DNA of 64,000 bases from Haliotis cracherodii (lineage: Eukaryota). The translations under genes were made by a program, and so were the position numbers. Shown piece after piece: positions 27,461 to 41,063 of the stretch (position 1 is the stretch's first letter; the number at the start of each line of letters is the position of its first letter). The notes beneath the pieces were generated by a model. That model was given only the letters and a program-made list of their open reading frames with translations, had not been told where the DNA came from and made no database searches. The stretch is from NCBI RefSeq assembly GCF_022045235.1, contig NW_027266341.1, forward strand, positions 40,114,001 through 40,178,000. The letters run 5' to 3'.

Positions 27461-28284
27461 TATGTTAGTTTTGAAAGTATTTAAGAACCTTCGTTGAATT
27501 TATATTACCCTACCCGGGTACCTGTTGTAGGTCTCAAGAGATGGGTACAAAATATCCAACTGGGATTAGTTTGACCGTAGCCTTGGCAAAATGTAATTAG
27601 ATACACATATAGAAAGATTTTGTCATGCAAACACTGAAGTTGACTGAAGCCTTATCTTTTTTCAAACATATGAAAGTCAGAAGGAATGTGTGTATAGTCA
27701 GAAAGAAATGCAAACATTAGTGACTTGTAGTGTAAACATGGAGTTTTGGAATGTTTTTGTCATTAAACTATGTGACTAACCACTTGTAGTCCTGTGGATA
27801 TACGGGTCCTACTCAGAATCCATCCGATCCGAGTTACCCGTCCAAGCCCTTATATGTATGTTTCGCACAATCACAGTAAACAATAGTCAATGGGACTAAT
27901 GGCTATACTGAGAAGTTGACGTTGTCTGAAGAGCAATGGATATCATACAAAATTTCTATCGTGTTCAATTTAATATGAACGGGAAGCATAAAATGGACAG
28001 CATCAAAGGAGTTCAAGAAAAGTTTACAAACATAGTTTGACGAACGAGTCACCTGACGAACAAATGAAATTGTGTGCACTAGTGATCACATTCTGAGAGT
28101 GACCGCTGCATCGACTAGTTTCCAACCGATTTCCTTATTTCTCAAACAATGGCCACCCTATAAGTCAGCAGGACAATGCATTCACCGCGGGAATATAATC
28201 AGTAGTTACTAAAATACAAAAGCCCTTTACGCTAAGTAAATAAGAAATAAATCAGTACTAGTTTTATATTGTGGTAATACTCAC

Positions 28285-28330
28285 CTGCCGAAATGTCTGT
28301 GTGTCCATCGACGTGTTGGCTAATGACGTC
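28285..28330 (-). other. ARFIP2: Putative non-coding first exon of arfaptin
   Basis: Consensus donor CAG|GTGAGT at 28285 inside a CpG-richer patch; the upstream boundary is approximate. Confidence 0.6.
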
Positions 28331-29017
28331 ATCTCGCGATAAATCCCGTTATTTTGTTATGGAAGTGCTTCTCCTACAACTACTAATGTATTTTGCTTGT
28401 GGCATTCAGATGGAGATGGAGATGCACTCACCGAGTTCATTTCCAATGTTCCGTCGACTGTGTTTGATGAAGTGAAATTATAGAAAAGCGTGATGACGTT
28501 TTTAAAACAAATTTGATGAAGTGATGACTACAAAAAGAATACAGCACCAAAAAATTGAGCAGTGATCAAATTACCTCTTTAAATATCATGATGGTGGGTG
28601 GAGCAAAATCATCGTATCAACGATATAAAAAACGGGAATGAAATTATACGGGAGAGTATCCAAATCTAGGAATTTGTAGCTACACACAAACAAAACTATT
28701 TTTTGTACAGTTCCCTATCCTTTGAAGATGCAAAAGCCACTGTCTCACACATGAATTCCCATGTATGTACATGCTTAAGACATTACATTTTATTCCGAAG
28801 AAGGGATAGATAAAAAACGTAGGATATATATATATCAATAATTATCAACTTTACTATGTTGTTACGAAGGTTGTATCTTATGTTTGTTGTCAACTCAGGG
28901 CAAAGCAGAAAGCACATGTGTGACTTACAAGCTAAGAAGGCCTGCGTTTCACTGACATCGGGACTGTCCCAATAAGTAAAAAATCATTTTCTTGATACAG
29001 TGGCCATATTGAACAGA
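28320..29017. promoter_or_regulatory. Bidirectional promoter region of ARFIP2/TIMM10B
   Basis: CRE TGACGTCA (28324-31) abutting TCTCGCGATA (28332-41); GGAAGTG at 28361. Confidence 0.65.
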
Positions 29018-29050
29018 ATGAATTTAGCAGACGAAGGGCAACAAAGAAAC
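29018..29050 (+). CDS. TIMM10B: Tim10B (Tim9B/FXC1) coding exon 1
   Basis: MNLADEGQQRN|GTTAGT; joined to exon 2 it gives QRNLKDFLLLYN (human LRNLRDFLLVYN). Confidence 0.85.
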
Positions 29051-30758
29051 GTTAGTAATGTGAATAGTATGTGTTATTATCTTAGGCATGGGAAAGCCAC
29101 TTGACCACCGATAGTGGCGATACTGGCGATATTTACATTTACCGTAACGTACCAGTACCGAACATCACATTCTGTGTTTGAGTACAGCACTTACCAAGGT
29201 CAACCGAAGTTAGCACATTTCTGGAAACCAGGGTTGACAAAATTTAACCTGAGTTAACCAGTGTTAATTGTGGGTAACTCAGCGTAGTACCGAAATAAAA
29301 GATAAAACCTAAGATGTGTTCACCATACAAAATGGTTGCTCGGAGAAACATAAGTCTGACAAGAGCCATGTGAAATAAACATTGTGTAGTGTAATACAGT
29401 ATAGTTTTGCCCAGAACTATTATTGTTATATCAGACAATCTTATATAATGTTATATCAGGAACAATTTCACTGATCAATAATTGGTGTCGATGCACAATC
29501 TTGATAAACAGGAAGCACAGTATTACCAAGGATACATAAGATCGAACAAGTGTGAGAGATTAACAACATTAAGCGTTTTATTGCTTGACATAGGGCCAAT
29601 AAGTCGACTGTTCTGAAGAATATTTTTGCAAGCAGTAGCTGATAACTCCCCAATCCCTTGTTCTGCGATAGAAGTTTCTGCTCCAGTGACCACAGCATGG
29701 GAATGGCATATCACGTGGCCTGACCTTTTTCTTGTTTGTAAACAAATGCGCTTGTTGTGAAATATGAACAGGCAGGCCTAATGGAAGCCTTTCTTTGCTT
29801 TTTACATATTATTTTCATAATAATATTGATATGCTACTACAACTGCTACAGTGAACATGATAATATAGCTTTACACATTTCAGTGACTGTATTGCTATTT
29901 CACTGTAGGGCTTCGATGACAGCATGTGGAGCCATACAACCAATGTAAACATGTGCAGATGTAAATAGTTTATTGTAATGTTTATTGTAAAAAAGAGTCT
30001 CTACAAACATGTGTCTACAGCTAGCTTTTCTTTTTCAAGCTGCTCAGAATTAATTATAGTCAAGAAGTTTCATGGTGTAAAAATGCTTGTCACAGTACAT
30101 ATCGTATCATGACCTATGTATCATTTCATACCTAGATTATATACAAAATACTAATTGCCAGCTTGATAGGATTAGAAGCCAGTGTTTATCAAAGTCTATA
30201 TTACAATAGAAATGCCTCGGTCATGTGAAGCCGATTATGTTCAAGATATTGCACATGGCTTTCTTCTGTTATTGAAGAGTCTACACACTTAGGAAATCAT
30301 GTCATGAAACATTTAACTTCCATTGAGAAAAAATCCTAAAACATGAATATTTTGCGCTATTTGACTGAAAAAAATGTTTGAGGTTGTTAAACTAGAAGTA
30401 TGTAATATATTTCACCAAGTGTAATTATACAGGAAAAATGTATCGTGCATGAAAACTCACGATGCTACAATGTATCATTTCACCCCTAATATTCTTTTGA
30501 GAAATGAATCGTCCGTGAACAAACAGTGTGACGTCACACTCAGACATTATTTCATGCATGATTTGAAAGCACCTAGAACCGTTGGCGTACTGGTCCTCTA
30601 ATTCTTGTTAAGTGACAAGAAGGTTCGGAATAACTTGGAACATAAAACAGAGATGCAAATTCATCAACATAGTTGAGTTATTAATGTATAGTATCAATAC
30701 CTAATTAATTATAATTGTTAAATGTTTTTATTTGGGATTGAATCACTAAATGAAACTA

Positions 30759-32241
30759 TACTCACACTCAAAAGATACGCAAGTGGTTTTATAAATTGAT
30801 ATGAGTTTTAGCATGTAGTGAAGCCTGATGGTGTTATCAATATTTTTGGTTGCATTTTGGAAGCCCTGAGTAAAAATGCAACATAAAAAAACGAATCGCC
30901 AAAACGCACTATTTCAATGAATATGTGGGTATCATGCACCCATTTCTCGCGAAATCGAAAATGCATGAACTGTCACGAACTGTAGTGGGTATAAAACTGT
31001 GGCCGATTTTTGGACCTACCACTCCTTTGTCAACAATGCCACGCCTAACATAAACTCAAATTCAGAGAAACCAGGCTATCGGACGTTTGGAAGCTGGAGA
31101 GTCTGTCCAAGATGTTGCCCTTCATTTCAACGTTAACATAACCACAATTTACCGTCTCCTGCATCGATACAATGCTACACAGACCACAGATGACCTTCCT
31201 CGGTGTAGGGTCACCACACCTCGACAAGATCGGCAGATTACCCGTCAACTGAAAGTGAAAGTGCTCGACAGACCATAGGAACACATAATCGACACATTAG
31301 CCAGGACACTCCGTTCCAACAACCTCAGATGTCGCCGACCAGCACGTCGCCCTGTTCTCCAACCATGGCATTGACAAGCACGACTTCAGTGGGCACAGGG
31401 TCATCGCAATTGGCGTCATCGTGAGTGGAGGTGTGTCATCTTCTCTGATGAAAGTCGCTTTTGTGTCTCCCATGCCGACGGAAGAGTCAGAATTTGATGG
31501 CGTTGAAGTGATCGTTTCGCTGACAGAAACGTTGTGGAAAGGGATCCATGGGGTAGACCTAGCGTCATGATATGGGCAGGGATTGGACCTAATGTGAGAC
31601 TTGGACCCATGTACTTTCTGAATGTTGGTCAAGGTAGGGGACACGGCGTCACTGCTCAGCGGTATATCGAGACCAAGTGATCAGACCCCACGTTATTCCA
31701 TTTTTTGCACAACATCAACAACACATTTTCCAGCAGGACAACGCTTGTCCCCATGTTGCCAGAGATACCATGGCCTTTCTGCAACAACACAACATCCGTG
31801 TTCTACCGTGGCCAGCCCTCTGCCCTGATCTGAACCCCATTAAACACTTGTGGGATGAGGTTCAAAGGCGTCTGCACAATGTGCGCCCAGTCCCTACAAC
31901 TGCTGATGAACTACGCACAGCTGCTCTGGATGTGTGCAAGAGGATCCCTAGGGCCTTCACAAATTGTCTGATCCACTCAATGTACAGGAGATGTGTGGCA
32001 GTGATCAATGTTAATGGTGGTCACACCAGGTATTGACTGACATTTTGGGTATTGACCCGAAACTGTGTAAGCCCTTTACATTTGAAAAAAACAATTATGT
32101 CATCTGCCTTTTAATCCATTAAACTGTCTTCAGTCACATTTTTTGTCAATTTTGCCCTATTAGTATTTCTTGTCTTTACTGTTGAAAATAAATAACATGG
32201 TATACTGCATACTCGACTAGCGTTTCTTTTGCATGTGAGTA
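30759..32241 (+). mobile_element. Tc1 element with disrupted transposase (31036-32036)
   Basis: TIR tactcacactcaaaagatacgc / gcgtttcttttgcatgtgagta, TA TSD; motifs FSDESRF, QQDNACPH, PDLNPIKHLW, GGHTRY. Confidence 0.93.
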
Positions 32242-32935
32242 TAGTTTTCATTAACAATGACATCACTTGGAGGCTGCTTTACGGAGTACTGCAGCCAAGG
32301 GGTTCATTAGGTCTAGGCAAGTATGGTCAGCCCAAGTATGGTGTAAATCAGGTAACGTGCTAAGATTCGTCAACTTTTACCATGAAGCACATGCTGAGTA
32401 GCCATTTTTCTCTGTGCAGTGCAAAACTATAAAGATTTACAAATTTTCCTCAAATTACAAAATAGATGAGATAGCCCATCCCCTCATCCAACTCACAACT
32501 CATCACAAGGATTGTTAAAGGGGTACTTTGCCCAAGGAAACGTAAAGGGGTGTTTGATTGGCAAGGGTACCCATTTCTAAGGATTGCAAAGGGATATTTG
32601 ATAGAAGGGGGTACTTACCCAAATAATTGCAATGGGGTACTTGATTGGAAAGGAACTCAGGCCTAAGGAAAGAATTGGGGGTAACCTACCCTAAGCCAAC
32701 TAACCATGAGGATCGAAGAGGCACAGCAAACTCAGTGAAGTGAGAGCCATACCCAGAGCCAAGAAGCGCTCTAAGCTGCACCCGGTTAAATTCAGTCTTG
32801 CCTTGGTGAAACCTAAAAAGTGAGCACAGTATTCTGTGGTACATAGTGATCCCACCCGAATATTACAGACCCACCCTCGAATCTGTGATCATTATATTGA
32901 TGCTTGTATGGCAGTTATTAGGATGCCTCCAGACA

Positions 32936-34428
32936 CATCCTGCACTGCTGCTGTTTTCTGAGAGAAAGACGAACTGTGTGAGATCCAGCTGCTGAAGAAA
33001 AGTTGTTCCAACCAGTAGAGGCAGCACCCTCTCAAAGTCGGCACGTGACCTGGAAGTTATGACATCACATCAAAACACATAACTGCTTTGTCACCTCCAC
33101 GGATGGACGTACTTTGTATCCTTGTGGAAATTAAAGCTCTTTATACTTTGCATGTTTCTACATTCATCATTAGCTGCTATAGTGTTACCTGTTTATGGTT
33201 TGTTACCTTTGGGGTCTTCCCTTTTGTAATTGGTAATGTTTATCGTTCGTTTGTGACTCTAGTCACAGTTATTTAGGGGCGTATTGTTGTTTCCCGCCAT
33301 TTTTGCGATTGAACCCCGTGGCCACATACTTTCGTGGTTTGCGTTTTGAATTCTTTATTTGGCTTGAGTATCACACTAAATTTATTTATTTTGTGTTGGC
33401 TAGTTTAAAGCCTTGCTTTTTCACTACCTTTTTGTTTGCTCTTATAAACTTTTTATAACATGAAAGGTTTTTGAGTTACATTATGCTTAAATTCCAAACT
33501 TAATGCCTTGTTCCTCTTACTGCTGCGGGAACTGTGGGAACACCCGCTGCCTTGATTGTACGACTCCCTGTACCATCACGGTGCAGTGCCGATACGGCAG
33601 TCCCTTGTTGCTGTGTTCCTTCAACTCTTACCTGCAAGTATCCAGAAAACGTCTCACTCAACATGCTCATTGAGACCCTGACATGGCTTACAACTCGGAG
33701 ACTCTCTGACCGACGACCTTTTACGCCTCCCTTGCACACACCTTTATCGACAACATCTTCCCAGGTGACACCTGTAACAGTGTTACAGGACCAGGTTTTC
33801 CATCTCCTCTACCATCTCTGTTGACCACAGCAGCACCGGCACCCTTGACTTGCATGACTTCGGCGGTGCCACTGGCGCCTGGTTATCTCAACTCTTACTT
33901 GCCCATTGTGGGTGTGGACGTTTAGCTCTTTTTATGCCCAGTTAGGGCAATGAAGGTTTTTCTACGATGGTCTAAACCCTGGTCAAGTCTAGGAAGCGCC
34001 TTTTCCTGCTGGTCTCCCCCTTGTCACGGCTGAAGGTCAGCTGGAATACTATTTCCCAGTGGCTCTGGGCGGTCATCCTCCAAGCTGTGACGTCTGATAA
34101 AGATCAGAGTAATGCAGGATAAGTTAAAAAATTAAGTAAAATCTTAATATATTTTACACTTGTATACCTATCCTGCATTACGACGTATAAGTACCCTCCC
34201 TTCGCTATGCTGCCTCCCCACGAAGTTTCAGATGTTGCATTTCAAGCAGTTATGTGTCTAGAAGTGATGTCATAACTTCTGGTTCACGTGCCGACTGTGC
34301 GAGGGTGCTGCCTCTAATGGTTGGAACAACTCACACTGTTCGTCTTTCTGTCGGAAAACAGCAGTACATGCATTAAGGAGTAATGCAGGATAAGTATACA
34401 AATGTAAAATATATTTAGATTTTACTAA
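32936..34428 (+). mobile_element. Miniature non-autonomous DIRS element
   Basis: ITRs 32945-33068 / 34262-34428, ICR 34108-34181 (gtaatgcaggataagt...tcctgcattac), YR relic ISQWLWAVILQA at ~34050. Confidence 0.85.
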
Positions 34429-34628
34429 GTTTATAGTATTATTAGTTATTAAGTATTCATTCTTTTTGCTTTTATTTCATCTCATAGCTGTGCAACATAT
34501 GAAGAAGGGCATGAATTATGAGTTTATGACTGTAAAATACTTACTCAATGCCTTGAATTGTCACATAAGTCGACCATGTCGTATCACACTGTGCATACAA
34601 TGTTTGAATGTATCCTTGTTTGTTTCAG

Positions 34629-34724
34629 TTGAAAGATTTTTTGTTGCTGTACAACAAATTAACAGAGCAGTGTTTTGAGAGATGTGTATACAACCTGAAC
34701 AATGTTGGTGTGTCCAAGGCAGAG
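34629..34724 (+). CDS. TIMM10B: Tim10B coding exon 2
   Basis: LKDFLLLYNKLTEQCFERCVYNLNNVGVSKAE with the first CX3C; AG/GT boundaries. Confidence 0.95.
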
Positions 34725-35550
34725 GTGGGTGTCAAGCTATGGACAAGAGTTAACAAGCCATTACCAGTTGAAGTGAATGAAGTTTACCAAACATTTGGTA
34801 ATGTCTGTTGTAGCAGTCTCACACCACCCTGGATAATGAGTTATTTTTCTGATGCACATTTTTGCAAGTGCCCAATTAGCACCCCTTCTGATTGATCAAT
34901 GTACACAAGACGTGTATATAATATGTGTGTTATATATGCATCCTTGATTATGGGCAATTCAGTTCTGGAAAATATAAGAATATATCTGTGGTGTACGCAC
35001 AGACTTTTCTTTTGTATCATTACAGGCTGTCAGTATAAACCACGAAATTTACGATCTTTCAATTATTTCCAAAATTTTATTCTAATAAGTGCCCCCTATT
35101 TCTAATTTTGAGAGCGCCCTGGGAGCTTATTAAATCGAATACGGTAATTCATTTTAGTCAATCTGTCTACAATTCAGTCTCCTTTGCAGGCAGTACTTAT
35201 ATTGACTGAAAATTTTAGTCAATATGTGCATTGCCTGAGTGAATCAGTCAATATACACCTGACCTTCAACTCTGAGAAATGACCAAATATGTACAACAAT
35301 GTTGTAAAAACAGCGTGTTCACTGAGAGCAGTATGTAGGATTTCAGGGATCATATATACATACATAAATGTCTCATGCAAGTATTCAGAAACAATCTGAC
35401 AATCTGCATTTTGTTTTTATGTTTTCTGTTGTAATTAATAAGACATGCAGATAAATACAGTTGTTGTGCATAATTTTGGGTCATTCATGGAGCCAGATAG
35501 GAGGGAAACTTTGACAGTTTGTTTTGTATTTACTAAATCATCATAATGTA

Positions 35551-35723
35551 TAGTCAAACACGGTTGTGTCGAAGTTGAAGGGACTTACGTAAAAACTTCA
35601 AGTTATCCAAGGCTTGCCAAAACCAAAACTGATGAATAAAGAAGGAATACGCAGGGACCAAGCTTTTACTTTGAGACAAGCGTTAGTTTGACACATCAAA
35701 GTCGACACAACCATGTCAAACTG
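35551..35723. mobile_element. Short Tc1/mariner/pogo-type MITE
   Basis: TA-flanked imperfect TIR tagtcaaacacggttgtgtcga / tcgacacaaccatgtcaaactg. Confidence 0.65.
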
Positions 35724-36222
35724 TATCTTTTTCTAATTCCCTCATTCTTTCTATACTACTCTTCCAATGCATATGCTCACAAAATGGAGCCAATGTATGC
35801 AAAGAAGAAATGAATAGGTCTCTAGAAATAGGAGAAAATGCTACACGTATAAAATTATAATTTCTCATTTTTTTTCTAAAATGTATGCATAATTCAGGGA
35901 TATATGTATCACAGCGGAGTGCGAAACATATGTGATGTAATAGGCGTATCATGGTACATAGATAGATACAGGAATATCCTAGTGCTTATGTGCATAATGA
36001 CAAGCTGTACAGAGAATAATGAGCAGAGAAAAAACAATGCACTGGCTGATTCACAAGATATGTCCGACTGATGACAAGATGTGCAGATGATCAACTTCTT
36101 CATAACAGTTGTGGTATTTTGTGTGTGTAGATTCTATTTCTAACGCCATAATGAAGCAAGTTATGTATCCAACTTCCAACTGTTTCTCAAAGATGAACAT
36201 AAATCCAGTGTTTATGTTTTAG

Positions 36223-36396
36223 ACTGACTGTGTCGGTGTGTGTACAGACCGCTATGTCACCTACAACCAGAAGCTGATGATGAAGTTCATGGAGCACCAG
36301 AACTTGAGACAGCAGGCAGCAGCACGAGAAACGGAGGCAGCAGCCCAGCAGGGCGGAGTCGCTCCCAGCTCGGTGGGGGACACTCCCAACTCCTAA
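36223..36396 (+). CDS. TIMM10B: Tim10B coding exon 3
   Basis: TDCVGVCTDRYVTYNQKLMMKF...* with the second CX3C; total protein 100 aa. Confidence 0.93.
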   Translation, partial: TDCVGVCTDRYVTYNQKLMMKFMEHQNLRQQAAARETEAAAQQGGVAPSSVGDTPNS

Positions 36397-37738
36397 AAGG
36401 CCACAGTCTTGGCCTTCACCTCTAATACCTATTAACCATGGAGTAGAGGTTACAATACTACAGTACTACTAGATCGGGGACACAAGTGTTGTGGAGTGTT
36501 ACAAGACCCAGCATGCAGCAGTCACTGGCTGTTGGTGCACGAACCTGGATAATCATGTGACTGTTCAGGATGGTAGCAAGGCTTGCAGGAGTGGCAGATT
36601 GAATATATAATGCACAAGTTATTTATCATAAAGAATGTTCAAGCCACCCTGAAAGTTGTCTTGTGTTTTATTCGGGGGGATGAAACTATTCAGTAATGCA
36701 CTCACTGTCAGAATGATACTTGACACACATGATGGCTGATTGTACATACACACACCACGCACAGTGATATGAGGAACATCTTCAAAAGGCATTTGCTGTT
36801 TTGCTTTTCTTAGATGTTTGTCAATAGAGCTGAGTGCGTATCACGATACAGGCTGATGATGCCACTGGTATCACGCTACACCAACAAATAGGAAACACTA
36901 TGAAATCACTGAAATATACCTCTAAAACCTCGGGATTCATACATTTACTTATTATTATCTCAAAAACAAAAACAATAACCCAACAGACACTACTATAAAT
37001 CGGCATCATTCCGGACTATACTAGTACAAGCAGCCACACACATATACGTGCATGCACGTCGCTATATAAGTGCAATAATCTTGGACGCGATGTTAAACCC
37101 CATTTCACCTCACCCAACAGACACTTACTATTAACCAACAGACACATACTGTAACCCAACAGACAACAAAAACTTGTTAAAAAAAGAAGAAAGTTTCAGA
37201 TGAAGGGATGGTTTAATAGTTTAGTAGCATGCACATCCTCCATTACCACATCCTTTGAAGTTGCGCTATGCTACTTCTGCCATTACGGGAGTTGACTTTA
37301 TCTGTTCTGTTCTATTTATAGCATATGGTCTCACGGCGATTCAGGTATTGTCTGTACCTTAGTATCGATGATATCGTACATATCAGTGATCCATTAGAGC
37401 CCAATTTATCAATGAGTACAATCAATTCTGTTATATTCTAGCTAATCAATCTCAGTTTTATTCAGTCTTCCACTTACAAGTTAGCAGTCTTTACACATTT
37501 GTCTATAAAGTGATTGACCTCAATTGTAAGAATGGCTACAGAGTATATGAACAGCTATATTTTAAAAATCAAATCCTTTGAAAGCTCAAGGATAGGCATC
37601 ATGTTTAAGAACAGTGGAGTGTCAGGAGGATGGCCTCCATACAGGGACATCTTTCATTTTCAAGGATCTATTTTTTTCCCCAGGAGAGTTCAATACCTTG
37701 GTACAGGAACAAATATGCCATATGTAATGGTTTCAGAT

Positions 37739-40402
37739 GAATGTGGCTTGTATACTCTATTCTGTAACAGTGCGAGAATGTGGCTTGTATACTCTATTCT
37801 GTAACAGTGCTAGAATATGGCTTGTATCCTCTATTCTGTAACAGTGCTAGAATGTGGCTTGTATACTCTATTCTGTAACAGTGCGAGAATGTGGCTTGTA
37901 TACTCTATTCTGTAACAGTGCGAGAATGTGGCTTGTATGCTCTATTCTGTAATAGTACTAAAATGTGGCTTGTATACTCTGTTCTGTAACAGTGCTAGAA
38001 TGTGGCTTGTATACTCTATTCTGTAACAGTGCTAGAATGTGGCTTGTATCCTCTATTCCGTAACAGTGCTAGAATGTGGCTTGTATACTCTATTCTGTAA
38101 CAGTGCTAGAATGTGGCTTGTATACTCTATTCTGTAACAGTGCTAGAATGTGGCTTGTATCCTCTATTCTGTAACAGTGCGAGAATGTGGCTTGTATACT
38201 CTATTCTGTAACAGTACTAGAATGTGGCTTGTATCCTCTATTCTGTAACAGTACTAGAATGTGGCTTGTATCCTCTATTCTGTAACAGTACTAGAATGTG
38301 GCTTGTATACTCTATTCTGTAACAGTGCGAGAATGTGGCTTGTATCCTCTATTCTGTAACAGTGCTAGAATGTGGCATGTAGCCTCTATTCTGTAACAGT
38401 GCTAGAATGTGGCTTGTATCTTCTATTCTGTAACAGTGCGAGAATGTGGCTTGTATCCTCTATTCTGTAACAGTGCTAGAGTGTGGCTTGTATCCTCTAT
38501 TCTGTAACAGTGCGAGAATGTGGCTTGTATCCTCTATTCTGTAACAGTGCTAGAATGTGGCTTGTATCCTCTATTCTGTAACAGTGCTAGAATGTGGCTT
38601 GTATCCTCTATTCTGTAACAGTGCTAGAATGTGGCTTGTATCCTCTATTCTGTAACAGTGCTAGAATGTGGCTTGTATCCTCTATTCTGTAACAGTGCTA
38701 GAATGTGGCTTGTATCCTCTATTCTGTAACAGTGCTAGAATGTGGCTTGTATCCTCTATTCTGTAACAGTGCTAGAATGTGGCTTGTATACTCTATTCTG
38801 TAACAGTGCTAGAATATGGCTTGTATCCTCTATTCTGTATCAGTGCTAGAATGTGGCTTGTATACTCTATTCTGTAACAGTGCGAGAATGTGGCTTGTAT
38901 ACTCTATTCTGTAATAGTACTAGAATGTGGCTTGTATACTCTGTTCTGTAACAGTGCTAGAATGTGGCTTGTATACTCTATTCCGTAACAGTGCTAGAAT
39001 GTGGCTTGTATACTCTATTCCGTAACAGTGCTAGAATGTGGCTTGTATCCTCTATTCCGTAACAGTGCTAGAATGTGGCTTGTATACTCTATTCTGTAAC
39101 AGTGCTAGAATGTGGCTTGTATACTCTATTCTGTAACAGTGCGAGAATGTGGCTTGTATCCTCTATTCTGTAACAGTGCGAGAATGTGGCTTGTATACTC
39201 TATTCTGTAACAGTACTAGAATGTGGCTTGTATCCTCTATTCTGTAACAGTACTAGAATGTGGCTTGTATCCTCTATTCTGTAACAGTACTAGAATGTGG
39301 CTTGTATCCTCTCTTCTGTAACAGTGCTAGAATGTGGCTTGTATCCTCTGTTCTGTAACAGTGCTAGAATGTGGCTTGTATCCTCTGTTCTGTAACAGTG
39401 CTAGAATGTGGCTTGTATCCTCTATTCTGTAACAGTGCTAGAATGTGGCTTGTATCCTCTATTCTGTAACAGTGCTAGAATGTGGCATGTAGCCTCTATT
39501 CTGTAACAGTGCTAGAATGTGGCTTGTATACTCTATTCTGTAACAGTGCTAGAATGTGGCTTGTATCCTCTATTCTGTAACAGTGCTAGAATGTGGCTTG
39601 TATACTCTATTCTGTAACAGTGCTAGAATGTGGCATGTAGCCTCTATTCTGTAACAGTGCTAGAATGTGGCTTGTATACTCTATTCTGTAACAGTGCTAG
39701 AATGTGGCTTGTATCCTCTATTCTGTAACAGTGCGAGGATGTGGCTTGTATACTCTATTCTGTAACAGTGCTAGAAAGTGGCTTGTATCCTCTATTCTGT
39801 AACAGTACTAGAATGTGGCTTGTATCCTCTATTCTGTAACAGTACTAGAATGTGGCTTGTATCCTCTCTTCTGTAACAGTGCTAGAATGTGGCTTGTATC
39901 CTCTGTTCTGTAACAGTGCTAGAATGTGGCTTGTATCCTCTATTCTGTAACAGTGCTAGAATGTGGCTTGTATCCTCTATTCTGTAACAGTACTAGAATG
40001 TGGCTTGTATCCTCTATTCTGTAACAGTACTAGAATGTGGCTTGTGTCCTCTATTCTGTAACAGTGCTAGAATGTGGCTTGTATCCTCTATTCTGTAACA
40101 GTACTAGAATGTGGCTTGTATCCTCTATTCTGTAACAGTGCTAGAATGTGGCTTGTATCCTCTATTCTGTAACAGTGCGAGAATGTGGCTTGTATCCTCT
40201 CTTCTGTAACAGTGCTAGAATGTGGCTTGTATCCTCTATTCTGTAACAGTACTAGAATGTGGCTTGTATCCTCTCTTCTGTAACAGTACTAGAATGTGGC
40301 TTGTATCCTCTATTCTGTAATAGTACTAGAATGTGGCTTGTATCCTCTGTTCTGTAACAGTACTAGAATGTGGCTTATATCCTCTATTCTGTAACAGTGC
40401 TA
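37739..40402. repeat. 37-bp tandem satellite, ~72 units
   Basis: Unit gaatgtggcttgtat(a/c)ctctattctgtaacagtgcta, contiguous with no spacers. Confidence 0.98.
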
Positions 40403-40492
40403 ATGTTTTAAAATACATTCAAAATGCTGACTCTCCAACACATGCCAGTGAATACCTTTCTATATCAAGCCTATGATATACTATATAAGCTG

Positions 40493-40990
40493 GACCAGTG
40501 AAGTTCTGGGGTAAAATAGGTCTTCAGCAACCCATGCTTGCTGTAAAAGGTGGCTATGCTTGTCATAAGAGGCGACCAAGGGGATCGGGTGGTCAGGCTG
40601 GCTGACTTGGATGATGCATGTCATGGTGAGATTGTTGAGTAGGTACTGAGTAGGACATGGGTACTCACAGGACTACCCCTAACTGTAGTTACACAAGTAA
40701 TTGATTTTGCATTTCTTTCTGACTATTGAAAGTTTGAATAAAGATAAAGCTTCAGTCAACTTCAGTGTACGCATTACCAGATCATTTAATACATGTATCT
40801 AAATAGGGCTCTAGTAAAACCATTCCCAATTGGACATTTTGTACCAATACTTGAGATATACAGCGGTAGGGTCGGGTAATAGGGAATGTAACCAGGTAGT
40901 AAATTTTGTCTTGTCCCAGCCCCATGCTCATGATGTCACTCGCTGGATTGTCTGGTCCAGACTCGATTAATATTGCTGGGTTCGGTGTAG
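40493..40990 (+). mobile_element. SINE-like element (RTE-type head) interrupted by a ~295-bp insertion
   Basis: Head at 40493-40625; body resumes at atgctcatgatgtcactc..ctggtccagactcg (~40923). Confidence 0.75.
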
Positions 40991-41063
40991 AACCAAAAAT
41001 TTATATATAACCATGACCTGGCTGGTAGAAATAATTGGTTCGAATCCCAGTTGCCCCCAAATA

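Noticed and set aside
37739-40402. CRISPR array (37-bp repeats)
   Set aside because: Units are contiguous with no unique spacers, there are no cas genes, and the context is eukaryotic.
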